NCBI GenBank assembly: GCA_000993275.1
Contig: LBVV01000009.1
Coordinates: 2,897 to 66,896, forward strand
DNA from: a candidate division CPR2 bacterium GW2011_GWC2_39_10
Lineage (GTDB): Bacteria > Patescibacteriota > CPR2
Direction of reading: 5' to 3'
DNA: 64,000 bases
This document shows, one piece after another, positions 54,136 through 64,000 of this stretch (position 1 is the first letter of the stretch; every line of letters starts with the position of its first letter). Below the pieces are notes generated by a model. The model was not told the DNA's origin. It saw only the letters and a list, made by a program, of their open reading frames with translations, and ran no database searches. The translations under genes were made by a program, and so were the position numbers.

Positions 54136-56079
54136 TTATCTGTTAGAAGAATTATTTGATGAATAATTTTTTGAAATAAACTCTATCGAATTTATCATTT
54201 CCTGAACTCTTTTTTCGTCATCAGAATTTTCGCCCGGTAAGTAGGTGCGATACCATATGCGGTAAATATGCTGGTTGAACTTTGCAATAAAATAGTTTCC
54301 TTTGACGGCCAAATCTTCTTGAAGGACTAATTTGATAGCAGGTACTCCCTTAATAACAACTTTCTCCACACCATATTTAGCAGTCATTTTTGAGGAGGCA
54401 AAGAAGTCATCTAGCGATTTAGCGTATTCAATTCTGTCTATGCTCATCAAATATCCGTCTTGTCTTAAAAACCAAATGTTTTCGCTGCCCATTGGTTTTA
54501 ACCTATGGCTTGTATTTTGAGGGTAAGTTACGGTGATGCCATAATCGGTATCTTTGTATACTTGCCAAATTGTTTTATCAAAGGGTACTTCGGCAAAAGC
54601 TTCTTTGTATCTTTTTTCGGGATCGGTGGCGGCCATGCCGTAGGGGTCTGTTTTATTTGTGCCGCTATTTGTTGTTTGCACACCTTTAACCTGGGCAACG
54701 TACATTTCGGTTGTTTTTTTGGCGTTTCTGACCTGATAAATGAAGCCGGCGGCAAAGATTGCCAAAAGAAAAACAGCTGCCTTAATAAAGGGTATTCCGC
54801 CCGTAGCTTCCACTTTATCAGCTTCAATTTCGTTTGTGGTTACAGCTGCTTTTGTGTCCGCTTTTTTATTTTTTCTGTTTTTTGATTTTTCAAAAATTAA
54901 CGTAAATAGCTTAAGTACCAATTTGAAAGGAAGCATGATCAAAGCAAGAATTTTTTTAACAATTCCTTTTTTGGGTTTATCTTTTTCAGGCGCAGTGTTA
55001 GTTGCAGCCGAGCTTGGTATATCAACCGGATTGACGCCGGCTTGTATGAGTATTTTATTAATGCTTTCGGCGGCGGCCAGGTCTGTAGCGCTTGTATCAG
55101 TATCAGCGGGCTTTACATCATTTGAAATAACCGCCGGCGCAGTATCGGGAGACTTCTCTTTATCCGTTTCTGTTTTTGTGCCAGCTGCCAGATCGATTAT
55201 ATTTGTAGTAGTATCTTTCGATGCCTCTTCTGCCGGTTTTGGCGCATCATCCGAGATTTCAATTGCAGAAGCTTCTTTTTCCAAATTTAGCAGTTCTTGT
55301 TTTATCCGGTCAAAATCACTAAAATCCTCTTCCACAACATCCGCACCCATGTCAACAACATTTACTGGTATTTGCGCTTGTTTTTCCTCGCCTGTAACCG
55401 CTGTTTCTTCTCCGATAGTACTTTTCGTTTCTTCACCTATGGTAGATTCCTTTATGGCAGTTTCTTCATTCTTTTCCGGATTCTTGGTAGGTTCGTTTTG
55501 AACGGAAGAAAATAAGGCTTTTGTCTCCTCGATGCTATCTTTTTTAACTTCTACGCTGCCGGGTGTCGTATCTAAATGCTCTGTATTGTTCTTAATCTTA
55601 CTGTCCTCCAAGACCTTTAAAGATTCCATTATTCTGGTCTGGAATTCTTCGGCTTGTTTGGAAACATTGCTTTTTAAGCTTCCGATAACTGATTTTAAGC
55701 CGTCCATTTCACTTTGGTATGCGGAAATTTTTTCTTTAAGTTCTTGGTTCTCTTTTTGCAGGTTCGATATATTTAGAGCTTCTTTTTCGCTTTCTTCCTT
55801 GGTTTTTATATCTTCTTTCTTTTTTAGGTCCTCGAGGTCTACTTTCATTTTATTTAATTCTTCAAAAGTTTCCTGAGCTTTTTTCAACTTATCCTGAATA
55901 GCCAAAATTTGAGCATCTAAATTGCTAGCTCCTTTTGTGTTTTTGCCCTCGGTAGCTGCACTGGTTGTGCTCGTTTTGTGGTTTCCCTCTTCTATTTTTT
56001 CTTCGGTTTTATGTTCCGGCATATATAATATATTTAACAGTTTGGGCAAGCCTTTGTAAAGACATTTTAATAAATTCAT
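54136..56079 (-). CDS. Membrane protein with a long cytoplasmic acidic coiled-coil N-terminus and an extracellular C-terminal domain
   Basis: ~430 aa Glu/Lys-rich coiled coil, two TM helices, ~170-aa C-terminal domain; head of the minus-strand operon 56079 to 51739. Confidence 0.45.
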   Translation of the reverse strand: MNLLKCLYKGLPKLLNILYMPEHKTEEKIEEGNHKTSTTSAATEGKNTKGASNLDAQILAIQDKLKKAQETFEELNKMKVDLEDLKKKEDIKTKEESEKEALNISNLQKENQELKEKISAYQSEMDGLKSVIGSLKSNVSKQAEEFQTRIMESLKVLEDSKIKNNTEHLDTTPGSVEVKKDSIEETKALFSSVQNEPTKNPEKNEETAIKESTIGEETKSTIGEETAVTGEEKQAQIPVNVVDMGADVVEEDFSDFDRIKQELLNLEKEASAIEISDDAPKPAEEASKDTTTNIIDLAAGTKTETDKEKSPDTAPAVISNDVKPADTDTSATDLAAAESINKILIQAGVNPVDIPSSAATNTAPEKDKPKKGIVKKILALIMLPFKLVLKLFTLIFEKSKNRKNKKADTKAAVTTNEIEADKVEATGGIPFIKAAVFLLAIFAAGFIYQVRNAKKTTEMYVAQVKGVQTTNSGTNKTDPYGMAATDPEKRYKEAFAEVPFDKTIWQVYKDTDYGITVTYPQNTSHRLKPMGSENIWFLRQDGYLMSIDRIEYAKSLDDFFASSKMTAKYGVEKVVIKGVPAIKLVLQEDLAVKGNYFIAKFNQHIYRIWYRTYLPGENSDDEKRVQEMINSIEFISKNYSSNNSSNR

Positions 56080-56190
56080 GAATTAAAATATGTACCCCTT
56101 GAATCTGTTTGACTTTAACGTGCTTATGTTGTATATTGCCCTTAGTATTTTTTAATAAATTGATATTCATTTTCTTTAAAGGAGAAAATT

Positions 56191-57129
56191 ATGGTTAAGA
56201 AAGTGCTGTTTTTTGGTGCTAGTGTTGTCCTTGCATTTATTGTTACTTTTGTTCCGACAAAAATTAAAGCCGCGGATACGCCGGCTACGGGATCTGTTAC
56301 TGTTGTGCCGCCTCGATTTGAATTATTTGGAAATCCCGGCGAAGATGTGCCGAACCAGGCTTTAAAAGTTACAAATGAGTCGACTGTCGAAGGAAGCTTC
56401 ATGGTGGATATGGAAGATTTTAAGGCTGTTGGAGAGGACGGAAACGTCAATTTGATGGAGCAGAATTCTGACATCACTTATTCTCTTGCCAAGTGGATTA
56501 CCGTTAACCCCAGCTCGTTTACTTTAAAACCAAAAGAAACAAAAATCATTAATTTTTCAGTCAGCATCCCTAAAAATGCCGAACCGGGCGGAAGGTACGC
56601 CAGTATTATTGTTAATATGGGCGGCCAAGTTAAGGTAGAGGGTGGTGCTGTCGTTGCTCCCAGGGTTGTATCTTTAGTACTTTTAAGGGTTTCCGGTAAT
56701 GTTAAGGAAGAAGCCTCGGTGGAATCATTCACGGCGCCACAGTATTCGGAAAAAGCGCCGGTAAAATTTGACCTCAGAATGAAAAATTCCGGCCGAAATC
56801 ATATAAAACCGAAAGGCACCATTATTATTACTAATCTTTTGGGACAAAAGGTAGATGAAATTCAGCTAAGCGGCGAAAACGTTTTGCCCGGGGCCATAAG
56901 GAAAATGACTACGGAATGGAAAACAAATAAGTTTTTAGCCGGTCGTTACACTGCCACTTTGGTTGCTACTTACGGCGAAAAAAATGATAAGCCGTTATCA
57001 ACAACTGTTTCTTTTTTTGTAATGACTAAATCAACAGCTTACACACTGGGTATTGGTACGGTCGCCCTTGCCCTTGCCTTTGTTAAAAGAAAGTCACTTA
57101 GAAAGACTTTACATAATTTGACTAAATAA
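56191..57129 (+). CDS. Cell-surface protein, DUF916/DUF3324-like (paralog of 37263-38201)
   Basis: Signal peptide, PGGRYASIIVNMGG, C-terminal TM anchor plus basic tail. Confidence 0.45.
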   Translation: MVKKVLFFGASVVLAFIVTFVPTKIKAADTPATGSVTVVPPRFELFGNPGEDVPNQALKVTNESTVEGSFMVDMEDFKAVGEDGNVNLMEQNSDITYSLAKWITVNPSSFTLKPKETKIINFSVSIPKNAEPGGRYASIIVNMGGQVKVEGGAVVAPRVVSLVLLRVSGNVKEEASVESFTAPQYSEKAPVKFDLRMKNSGRNHIKPKGTIIITNLLGQKVDEIQLSGENVLPGAIRKMTTEWKTNKFLAGRYTATLVATYGEKNDKPLSTTVSFFVMTKSTAYTLGIGTVALALAFVKRKSLRKTLHNLTK

Positions 57130-57148
57130 TCTTTAAATAGAGTTTGCA

Positions 57149-57706
57149 TTGAGAGAGAAAATTAAAAAAGTTGCGTCAAAAAAAGAATTTTTAATTGCTG
57201 CTTTTTTAGTTTCTCTTTTAGTCGTAATTTATTTTAAAAATAATCCCCCCAAAAGGGTTGATTGGAACATGGTTTCTTGGGGGAAAAGTCCGGCTTCTTT
57301 AATAATTATCGGTCCAAGTGAAATACCGGGAGCCGGAACTCCTTTTAAGATAAGCTTAGATCTTGATACCAACGAGTACTTGATAAACGCCATTCAGGCT
57401 AATATTGAGTATGATCCAGCGGTTTTAGAGGCTCTGAAATTGGATACCACCGATTCCTTTTGCAAACTCTATATAGAAAACAAATATCAAAACGAAAAAG
57501 GTCTTGTGAAAGTTGCCTGCGGCTTGCCGTCCCCCGGATTTAAAGGTAAAAACAGAGTTTTAACAATAGATTTTATTGCAAAGTCTTTTTCAAATACTAC
57601 AATAAGAGTAAGAGAAGATAGCATGATAATGGCTAATGGAAAAAAAGGAATCAATATATTAAAGAATTTTGATTCCAAGATAATTAGGGTGAGGGTTGCT
57701 GTTTGA
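57149..57706 (+). CDS. Signal-anchored cohesin-domain protein
   Basis: N-terminal TM; INAIQANIEYDPAVLEAL (cohesin YDpsvLe motif); RVLTIDFIAKSFSNTTIRV. Confidence 0.6.
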   Translation: MREKIKKVASKKEFLIAAFLVSLLVVIYFKNNPPKRVDWNMVSWGKSPASLIIIGPSEIPGAGTPFKISLDLDTNEYLINAIQANIEYDPAVLEALKLDTTDSFCKLYIENKYQNEKGLVKVACGLPSPGFKGKNRVLTIDFIAKSFSNTTIRVREDSMIMANGKKGINILKNFDSKIIRVRVAV

Positions 57707-58740
57707 TGAAAAATAAAAAAATAATTTTTTATCTTATAATTTGTGTTATAAATGCGCTTTTTTTGTTGCCGGGAAAAGCTAGTGCGGCCAAAATAGTATA
57801 TTTGACTTCCGCAAACAATACCGTGGAAACCGGCAAGGCTATTAAATATGAATTACGAATTAATACTGATGCTGAAAAAATAAATGCGGTCCAAGTCAAA
57901 ATTAATTTTCCAACGGAAATATTAGAAGGTTTGCAGCCGGAGCAAAGCGGATCGTTCTGTAATAGATGGATAGAAAGCTCGTCGACTACTCTGGCCTGTG
58001 GCGTTACCGGTACTCAAGGGTTTTCCGGAGATGGACTAATAGCCAAGTTGGTTTTTAAGGGGAAAAATCCGGGCGAAGCTTCTATAACCTTAAATGATAT
58101 TTGGGTGACTTTTAACGGCACGGTTTTGAATAATTACGGTCAAGGTTCTGCCCAGCTTACGGTTTTTGGTGAAGGTCAAACTCCAACACCAACAAGGCAG
58201 CCTATCATAACTCCCACACCAATCCCATCCTCGGCAATTACTCCTCCTCCCGTATCAGGGAATACTTCCGGTGTCACTGATAATTCAGGCGGCCAATCTT
58301 TTTCCGGAAGCGAACCTAAGGTTCAGGGACAAGGAGGAACAACACCCGAAGAACCGCTGGCTAAGCAAACGCCCGCCGATGTTGAAATTACGGTTTCACA
58401 GAATCCATCAACTGCCACAAGCGGTATATTAGTTAAGGATTTTTTTTCCGATAACAAGAAAGCCTTGTTTGGCTTTTTCCCAACCCTTTTGCTTTTAGCG
58501 CTTGTTGTTCATTTGGCAATCAAACTCTATTTTACGGAGAAAAGAAGAAAAATGGAGCTGGAAAAACTTTACGAGGAACAGCTGGGCGCATTGTCTGCTT
58601 TGGAGAGCAAACTAGATCTTCTTGATCAAAAGGGAGAGCAGGGCAGAGAGGCTTTCGAACAAGGATTTAAAGATGCTAAATCTCAAATACTAAATCAAGC
58701 TAACCCAACGCTTCAGGGTGGGACCGGACCTGCTCAGTAA
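57703..58740 (+). CDS. Scaffoldin-like protein: signal peptide, cohesin domain, Pro/Thr linker, TM anchor, cytoplasmic coiled-coil tail
   Basis: INAVQVKINFPTEILEGL...GDGLIAKLVFKGKNPGEASITLN cohesin signature; TPTPTRQPIITPTPIPS linker; TM LFGFFPTLLLLALVVHLAI. Confidence 0.6.
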   Translation: MMKNKKIIFYLIICVINALFLLPGKASAAKIVYLTSANNTVETGKAIKYELRINTDAEKINAVQVKINFPTEILEGLQPEQSGSFCNRWIESSSTTLACGVTGTQGFSGDGLIAKLVFKGKNPGEASITLNDIWVTFNGTVLNNYGQGSAQLTVFGEGQTPTPTRQPIITPTPIPSSAITPPPVSGNTSGVTDNSGGQSFSGSEPKVQGQGGTTPEEPLAKQTPADVEITVSQNPSTATSGILVKDFFSDNKKALFGFFPTLLLLALVVHLAIKLYFTEKRRKMELEKLYEEQLGALSALESKLDLLDQKGEQGREAFEQGFKDAKSQILNQANPTLQGGTGPAQ

Positions 58741-58742
58741 AA

Positions 58743-59753
58743 TTAAACGCCCAGCTTGGAAAACCCATATTCAAAGAGATTGATACCGTCGTTCATTCCA
58801 TCATTTGTATCTAAATATATCATCACTATTTTTCTATCATTTTTTTGGGCGACTCCGATTAAAGTATGTCCGGCGCCATAAGTGAATCCCGGTTTCGAGG
58901 CAATCATGTATGGGTAGTTTTTAAGCAGATCGCTGATATGCGCAGTATAATGTTCGTAGTTTAAATTCTCAGTGCCGGAAACAGTATGTTCCCGAATTCC
59001 GGCATAACGAATAACGTCGGGAGTTTTATCCATGGCATATCTAACAATAGTGGCCATGTCGAGCGCCGAAGTATAAAAACCATCCTCATCGAGCCCGGAG
59101 GGGTTTTTGTAGTGAGTGTTAGCAAGACCAAGATCACTAATTTTTTCGTTTAATTTGCTTATAAATGCTTCTCGTCCGCCGGGAAAATTTTCGGCAATAA
59201 CTTCTGCAGCGTCATTTGCCGAAGCTGTCATTAGGCATATAAGCAAATCTTCAAGCCTTATTTCTTCATCGGCTTGAAGATAAGCTTTATTTGGTTCTAT
59301 TGCTGCAGCTGCCTCAGACACCTTTAATCGTTTGTTTAGATCTATGTTTTCGATGGCAACTATAGCCGTCAAGATTTTTGCAATGCTGGCAGGCGGTCTT
59401 TTGGTGTTAATGTCTTTTTCAAAAAGCACATTGCCGGTTGAGTTATCCACCACAATGGCGGACTTGGCGCTTACATAAAGGTTGCTTTCATTGCCCGCTC
59501 CCTGAGAAATTTTCGGGTGATATTTTTGGTTCTGAATCTGTTTCAGCTTGGTAAGATTAACTTGAGCAAGCTCCGTTTTAATTCCCTTAACTTGCGTATT
59601 AGTTTTTTTATGACGATAGGCTAGTGGAATAATTATGACTAAAGCTACTATTGCCGATACAAGGTAAGTCTTTCTGGTAATTCTCATGGTTACCATTTTA
59701 ATGTTATTCTTTAAATTTTTCAAAAGTTTTTTATTTGGGAAATAGGTTGACAC
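58743..59753 (-). CDS. dacA: D-alanyl-D-alanine carboxypeptidase (PBP5/6 family)
   Basis: ASIAKILT (SxxK) active site, SAND-like (SxN), KTG-like motifs; signal/TM N-terminus. Confidence 0.75.
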   Translation of the reverse strand: MSTYFPNKKLLKNLKNNIKMVTMRITRKTYLVSAIVALVIIIPLAYRHKKTNTQVKGIKTELAQVNLTKLKQIQNQKYHPKISQGAGNESNLYVSAKSAIVVDNSTGNVLFEKDINTKRPPASIAKILTAIVAIENIDLNKRLKVSEAAAAIEPNKAYLQADEEIRLEDLLICLMTASANDAAEVIAENFPGGREAFISKLNEKISDLGLANTHYKNPSGLDEDGFYTSALDMATIVRYAMDKTPDVIRYAGIREHTVSGTENLNYEHYTAHISDLLKNYPYMIASKPGFTYGAGHTLIGVAQKNDRKIVMIYLDTNDGMNDGINLFEYGFSKLGV

Positions 59754-59773
59754 TTTGGAAGGAAGAAAATAAG

Positions 59774-60751
59774 ATGGTTTCGAAAGGTATAAGTATGAAG
59801 CTTTTAGTTGCTATTCCTTGTTTTAATGAAGAAAAAACCATAAGTAAGGTTATCGGTGATGTTCCCAAAAAAATTCAGGGGATTAGTGAAATAAACATAT
59901 TGGTAATGGACGATGGATCTGAGGATGCAAGCGCTATGGTTGCCAAAGAATGCAAGGCGGAAGTCCATTCATTTCCAAAAAATAGAGGGCTTGGATGGGT
60001 TTTTACCAAAAGTGTCAGTGTGGCTCTTTCAAAAAAAGTGGATATTTTGGTAACAATTGATGGCGACGGGCAATTCAAGGCGAAGGATATTTCAAAATTA
60101 ATTAAACCGATTATTGCAAAAGAAGCGGACTTTGTAACCTGTTCCCGTTTTATTGATAAGGACTTAACGCCAAATATGTCGGTTATTAAGCTTTGGGGCA
60201 ACCGTTTTATGTCGAAATTTATAAGCATGCTAATTAAAAGAAAATTTTATGATGTGTCTTGCGGGTTTAGAGCTTATTCTAGAGAGGCTCTGCTTAACGT
60301 TAATCTATTCGGCAAATTTACCTATACCCAGGAAGCATTTCTGGATTTAGCATATAAGGGCATTAGAATAAAAGAAATTCCATTAAAAGTTAGGGCAAAA
60401 CGACAATTTGGTAGGTCAAAAATTTCCGACAATTTGCTTGCTTACGGTTATAAAACTTTAAAAATAATTTTCCGTACGTTAAGAGACTACAAGCCTTTAA
60501 AATTTTTCGGTTCACTGGGACTTATTATTTTTATGATAGGATTCGTTTTTGATTTTTTCCTTTTATATCATTATGTTTTTACCCATTCCCTAAGCCCTTA
60601 TAAGTCATTAGGGTTTATTGGGGGTTTTTTAAATGCTATTGGGCTTGTTATATTGGTCCTTGCCTTAGTGGCTGATATGCTGGAACGAATACGGTTAAAC
60701 CAGGAAAAAATACTTTATTTGCAAAAGAAAAGGGAGTACGAGATTGACTGA
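59774..60751 (+). CDS. GT2-family glycosyltransferase (polyprenyl-phosphate sugar transferase-like) with C-terminal TM helices
   Basis: LLVAIPCFNEEKTI...MDDGSEDAS DxD region; two C-terminal TM helices as in GtrB/DPM synthases. Confidence 0.75.
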   Translation: MVSKGISMKLLVAIPCFNEEKTISKVIGDVPKKIQGISEINILVMDDGSEDASAMVAKECKAEVHSFPKNRGLGWVFTKSVSVALSKKVDILVTIDGDGQFKAKDISKLIKPIIAKEADFVTCSRFIDKDLTPNMSVIKLWGNRFMSKFISMLIKRKFYDVSCGFRAYSREALLNVNLFGKFTYTQEAFLDLAYKGIRIKEIPLKVRAKRQFGRSKISDNLLAYGYKTLKIIFRTLRDYKPLKFFGSLGLIIFMIGFVFDFFLLYHYVFTHSLSPYKSLGFIGGFLNAIGLVILVLALVADMLERIRLNQEKILYLQKKREYEID

Positions 60752-61853
60752 AAAAAACAAAAAAGGTGTGAAGATATTTATTATTTTAGGAACAAAAGCT
60801 CAATTAATAAAAATGGCTCCAATTATGCTGGAGTTTGATAAACAAAAGATACCCTATAAATTCATTTTTACCGGACAGCATAAAGAAACAATAAATAAAT
60901 TAGAGTTGGATTTTAAAATAAGAAAGCCTGATTTTGTTTTATATGACGGTCCGGATATTACAAGTATCTTTAAAATGATTATTTGGGCATGTAAGATTAC
61001 CACAAAAGCTATTCTAAATAAGAAAAAATTTTTTGGAAAAACAAAGAATGGCATAGTGCTTGTTCACGGCGACACATTTTCTACGTTAGTAGGGGCGATT
61101 ATCGGCAAATTGGCCGGCTTCAAAGTTGGACATGTGGAGGCGGGTCTTAGGTCCTTTAATTTGAGAGATCCCTTTCCTGAAGAGCTAATAAGAGTAATAG
61201 TTTTTAGAATGGCAGATTATTTTTTTTGCCCCGGCAATTGGGCGTTAAAAAACCTAAAGAAATATTCTGGAAAAAAAATTAATCTTCATAATAACACTTT
61301 GCAAGATTCTTTAAGTCTGGCGCTAATCTCCGTCAATAATACGAAATCAAATATTCCCGAAGAACCATATTGCGTTTGTTCTATCCATCGTTTTGAAAAT
61401 ATTTTTAATAAAAATAAGTTGAAGGATATTGTCGATAAAATTGAAAAAATCTCGAAGGACTTTCCGGTGGTCTTTATTCTTCATATGCCAACAAAAAAAA
61501 AGTTGAATGAATTTAATCTTTTAGTAAATCTGAAAAGCAATAAAAATATTGAGCTTAGAAATCGATGTGGTTATTTTGACTTTATTAAATTGATAAATAG
61601 CTCCCGGTTTTTAATATCGGACGGCGGGAGTAATCAGGAAGAGACATATTATTTGGGCTTGCCGGTGTTACTATTTAGAAACGCTACTGAAAGAAAAGAA
61701 GGATTAGGAAAAAATGCTTTTTTATCTCATCTAAGTGAAAAAAAGATTAATTACTTTCTAAAAAATATTAATAAGTTTAGGACGAATAAAATTAATATTA
61801 TAGAAAGCCCTTCTTCAATTGCCGTTGAATTTTTAAAAAAGGAATTTGCTTAA
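60744..61853 (+). CDS. UDP-N-acetylglucosamine 2-epimerase (WecB-like) family protein
   Basis: VLVHGDTFSTLVGAIIGKLAGFKVGHVEAGLRSFNLRDPFPEE matches the WecB HGDTTT...GHVEAGLRT...PFPEE core. Confidence 0.65.
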   Translation: MTEKNKKGVKIFIILGTKAQLIKMAPIMLEFDKQKIPYKFIFTGQHKETINKLELDFKIRKPDFVLYDGPDITSIFKMIIWACKITTKAILNKKKFFGKTKNGIVLVHGDTFSTLVGAIIGKLAGFKVGHVEAGLRSFNLRDPFPEELIRVIVFRMADYFFCPGNWALKNLKKYSGKKINLHNNTLQDSLSLALISVNNTKSNIPEEPYCVCSIHRFENIFNKNKLKDIVDKIEKISKDFPVVFILHMPTKKKLNEFNLLVNLKSNKNIELRNRCGYFDFIKLINSSRFLISDGGSNQEETYYLGLPVLLFRNATERKEGLGKNAFLSHLSEKKINYFLKNINKFRTNKINIIESPSSIAVEFLKKEFA

Positions 61854-61854
61854 A

Positions 61855-63276
61855 ATGAGCGAATTTAATTACAAAAAATATTGGATTAAAAGGCATAATA
61901 AAATAAAAGACTATTCAAGCGTTGGCATAAAAAGTATAGGAAATAAAGCAAATGAACTTTCTTATAATATTCTCCTAAAAAGATACGAAGCAGTCTTGGA
62001 AAAACTGGAATTAAAAAAAAGTACTACCTTTCTGGATGCTGGTGCCGGAATAGGGATTTTGTCAAGTTTTCTAGCAAAAAATAAATTTGATGTGACAGCA
62101 ATAGATATTTCCACGGAAGCTTTGGATCAAATAAAAAATAAGAGAATTAAGACTCATTGTTCTAAAATTTCAACTTTTAAAAATGGCAATTTTGAGGTTG
62201 TACAGTGCTTCGACGTTTTATATCATATTACCGATGATGGGGAGTGGCAAAAAAGCATTAAAGCTTTGTGCGCGCTTTCAAAGGACTATGTTATTTTGCA
62301 TCAGCGTTTTTTAAAAATAAAGCCGCTTATAAACCCTTCTCATATAAAATTCAGGAGTTATAAAGACATAACTTTAGAGATGCAAAAAAATGGGTTTAGA
62401 GAAGTCTTATCGGTTCCTTCTCATGTGGTTCAGAGAGTCCCTATCTATATTTTGTATAAGATAATGCCGGTTTTCCTCTCAAAAATTGATAATTTTCTAC
62501 TTAAGAATTGGCCTTTTGGCTTGTTAGGCATAAGTTCCCACGAGATAAAAGTTTTTAAACAACAAGGAGAAAAGGAGAAAGAAAAAATATCGGGAGTAAT
62601 TTACAATATAAAATATTTTGAAAAAGAATTTGATGGTCAAAAAAGTAACAATAAACATTATAATAATAAGGCAAAGAATGTCTTGACAATGGTTTTGCCG
62701 ATAAAAAGAGGAGAAAAGATTCTTGATATCGGGACTTGCAGCGGCACCTTTGCCTTTGAGTGCGCAAAACACAAATGCAATGTTATCGGAACGGATCTTT
62801 CTGCTATAGCAATAAAAAAGTGCAATGAAATCAGTAGCAAAAAAAAGATAGAAAATGTAAAGTTTATAGTTTGTTCGGCCGATAAGCAGCCGTTTCAAGA
62901 TGAGCATTTTGATAAAATTATTATGGGGGACATTGCAGAACATTTAAAACCAAAAATTTTTCAAAGAACAATTAAGGAGTGCCATCGCTTATTAAAAAAC
63001 GGCGGAAGCTTGATAATTTATACGCCCAACAAATATCATTTATTTGAATTATTAAAAAAGAATAATTTTTTGCTAAAGAAGGACCCTACCCATATTAATT
63101 TATTGTCCAAAAAAGATATTTGCAAAGTATTAAAAAAGAATGAATTTAAAATTTTAGAGGCATATTTCAGGCCGTCTCATTTGCCGGTTTATGGCGTTTT
63201 GGAGGAGGTTTTAATAAATATTCCTATTTTCGGCAATTTGTTCAGGCGCCGAATATGCATTGTTGCAAAGAAATAA
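61855..63276 (+). CDS. Tandem class I SAM-dependent methyltransferase fusion
   Basis: Two motif-I glycine loops: LDAGAGIGILSSFLA and ILDIGTCSGTFAFECA. Confidence 0.65.
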   Translation: MSEFNYKKYWIKRHNKIKDYSSVGIKSIGNKANELSYNILLKRYEAVLEKLELKKSTTFLDAGAGIGILSSFLAKNKFDVTAIDISTEALDQIKNKRIKTHCSKISTFKNGNFEVVQCFDVLYHITDDGEWQKSIKALCALSKDYVILHQRFLKIKPLINPSHIKFRSYKDITLEMQKNGFREVLSVPSHVVQRVPIYILYKIMPVFLSKIDNFLLKNWPFGLLGISSHEIKVFKQQGEKEKEKISGVIYNIKYFEKEFDGQKSNNKHYNNKAKNVLTMVLPIKRGEKILDIGTCSGTFAFECAKHKCNVIGTDLSAIAIKKCNEISSKKKIENVKFIVCSADKQPFQDEHFDKIIMGDIAEHLKPKIFQRTIKECHRLLKNGGSLIIYTPNKYHLFELLKKNNFLLKKDPTHINLLSKKDICKVLKKNEFKILEAYFRPSHLPVYGVLEEVLINIPIFGNLFRRRICIVAKK

Positions 63277-63277
63277 G

Positions 63278-64000
63278 ATGAAAAAAATATCTATAATAAC
63301 ACCAATATATAATGAGTCTAATAATATTGAACATTTTTTATGTTCAATAGAAAAAATTAAATATTCTTATACTAGTTTTGAATTAGTTTTAATAAATGAT
63401 GGTTCCATGGATGAAACTTTAAAAATAATTATTGATTTTAAAAAACAAACAAAAATCGATTTAAAAATAATTAGTTTTAGAAAGAATAGGGGACGAGCTT
63501 ATGCCAGACATATAGGCGCAAAAAAGGCAAAGTATGATTTACTATTTTTTTTGGATTGCAGGTGTGTCGTTTTCCCTGATGCCCTAATAGTATTAAATAG
63601 TATTAAGTATCAGCCACTTTTGGGCGTTGCAATACAAGAAACAGGCGATTTGGTTAGCCGTTTTTTTCATAAAGTAAGAAAAAAAATTTATAAAGATAGT
63701 TTTTCATCTAGTTTTAAAGACTTATATATAAATGAAAGCAATTTCAATCATATTTCAAAAGGGATGGCCACTTTTTTTTGTAATCGAAAATTATTTCTTA
63801 AGTGCCAAATTAAAAATCTGGAGGACAAGGATTCCTCAGATGATACCAAATTGCTACAAAACATTATCCGCAACAAACCAATTTTGAAAACAGCGAAAAT
63901 TAAAGTTACATATTATATGCGGTCTAGTTTGTGGGAAAATTTACTGCACATATATAAAAGAGGTCCAAAGTTTAGTGATTATTATATCAATAATAAGGGG
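63278..64000 (+). CDS. GT2-family glycosyltransferase (3' end outside window)
   Basis: MKKISIITPIYNESNNIEHF...LINDGSMDET; frame open to the window edge. Confidence 0.7.
   Translation, partial: MKKISIITPIYNESNNIEHFLCSIEKIKYSYTSFELVLINDGSMDETLKIIIDFKKQTKIDLKIISFRKNRGRAYARHIGAKKAKYDLLFFLDCRCVVFPDALIVLNSIKYQPLLGVAIQETGDLVSRFFHKVRKKIYKDSFSSSFKDLYINESNFNHISKGMATFFCNRKLFLKCQIKNLEDKDSSDDTKLLQNIIRNKPILKTAKIKVTYYMRSSLWENLLHIYKRGPKFSDYYINNKG

Noticed and set aside
54505-55876. Plus-strand ORFs (126, 253, 72 and 114 aa) antisense to the 647-aa coiled-coil gene
   Set aside because: Low-complexity Ser/Phe/Leu-rich translations of the antisense of a Glu/Lys-rich gene, which makes them typical spurious ORFs.

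Overview
Low-GC (~38%) contig with the gene content and order of a CPR/Patescibacteria-type bacterium, using the standard genetic code. Window layout: (1) 1-22.1 kb is a fusA-tuf-S10-spc-alpha ribosomal super-operon running fusA to rpsI. It lacks rpmD (L30), adk and map, carries Lys/Glu-rich tails on S5/L17/L22/S17, and is split between rpsJ and rplC by a ~3.8 kb accessory insertion with its own terminators and promoter. (2) 22-34 kb is a housekeeping block: amidinotransferase-like enzyme, a cyclase-less CdaA fragment plus CdaR, RCK-domain protein, DksA-like, RluD, HolB, RicT/PSP1, a tRNA cluster Thr-Tyr-Thr, rpmG, an HTH/LAGLIDADG-like gene and tRNA-Trp. The block is peppered with at least three families of short palindromic/MITE-like repeats. 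(3) 34-37 kb is an ABC-2 exporter. (4) 37-59 kb is a large cell-surface locus. It holds two paralogous DUF916/DUF3324-like anchored proteins, one dockerin protein, three cohesin-domain proteins, two WxL-like (YxV variant) paralogs, Ig/FN3 proteins, a Cache-like membrane protein and a coiled-coil membrane protein. An atypical F1Fo-like ATPase operon is embedded in it: no a-subunit gene, a c-subunit with no membrane carboxylate, and a beta subunit missing the Arg-containing catalytic segment. (5) 59-64 kb is a glycan-synthesis cluster (DacA, GT2, WecB-like, tandem methyltransferase, GT2). Several apparent frameshifts sit in homopolymer runs, which suggests sequencing errors or slippage rather than pseudogenes.
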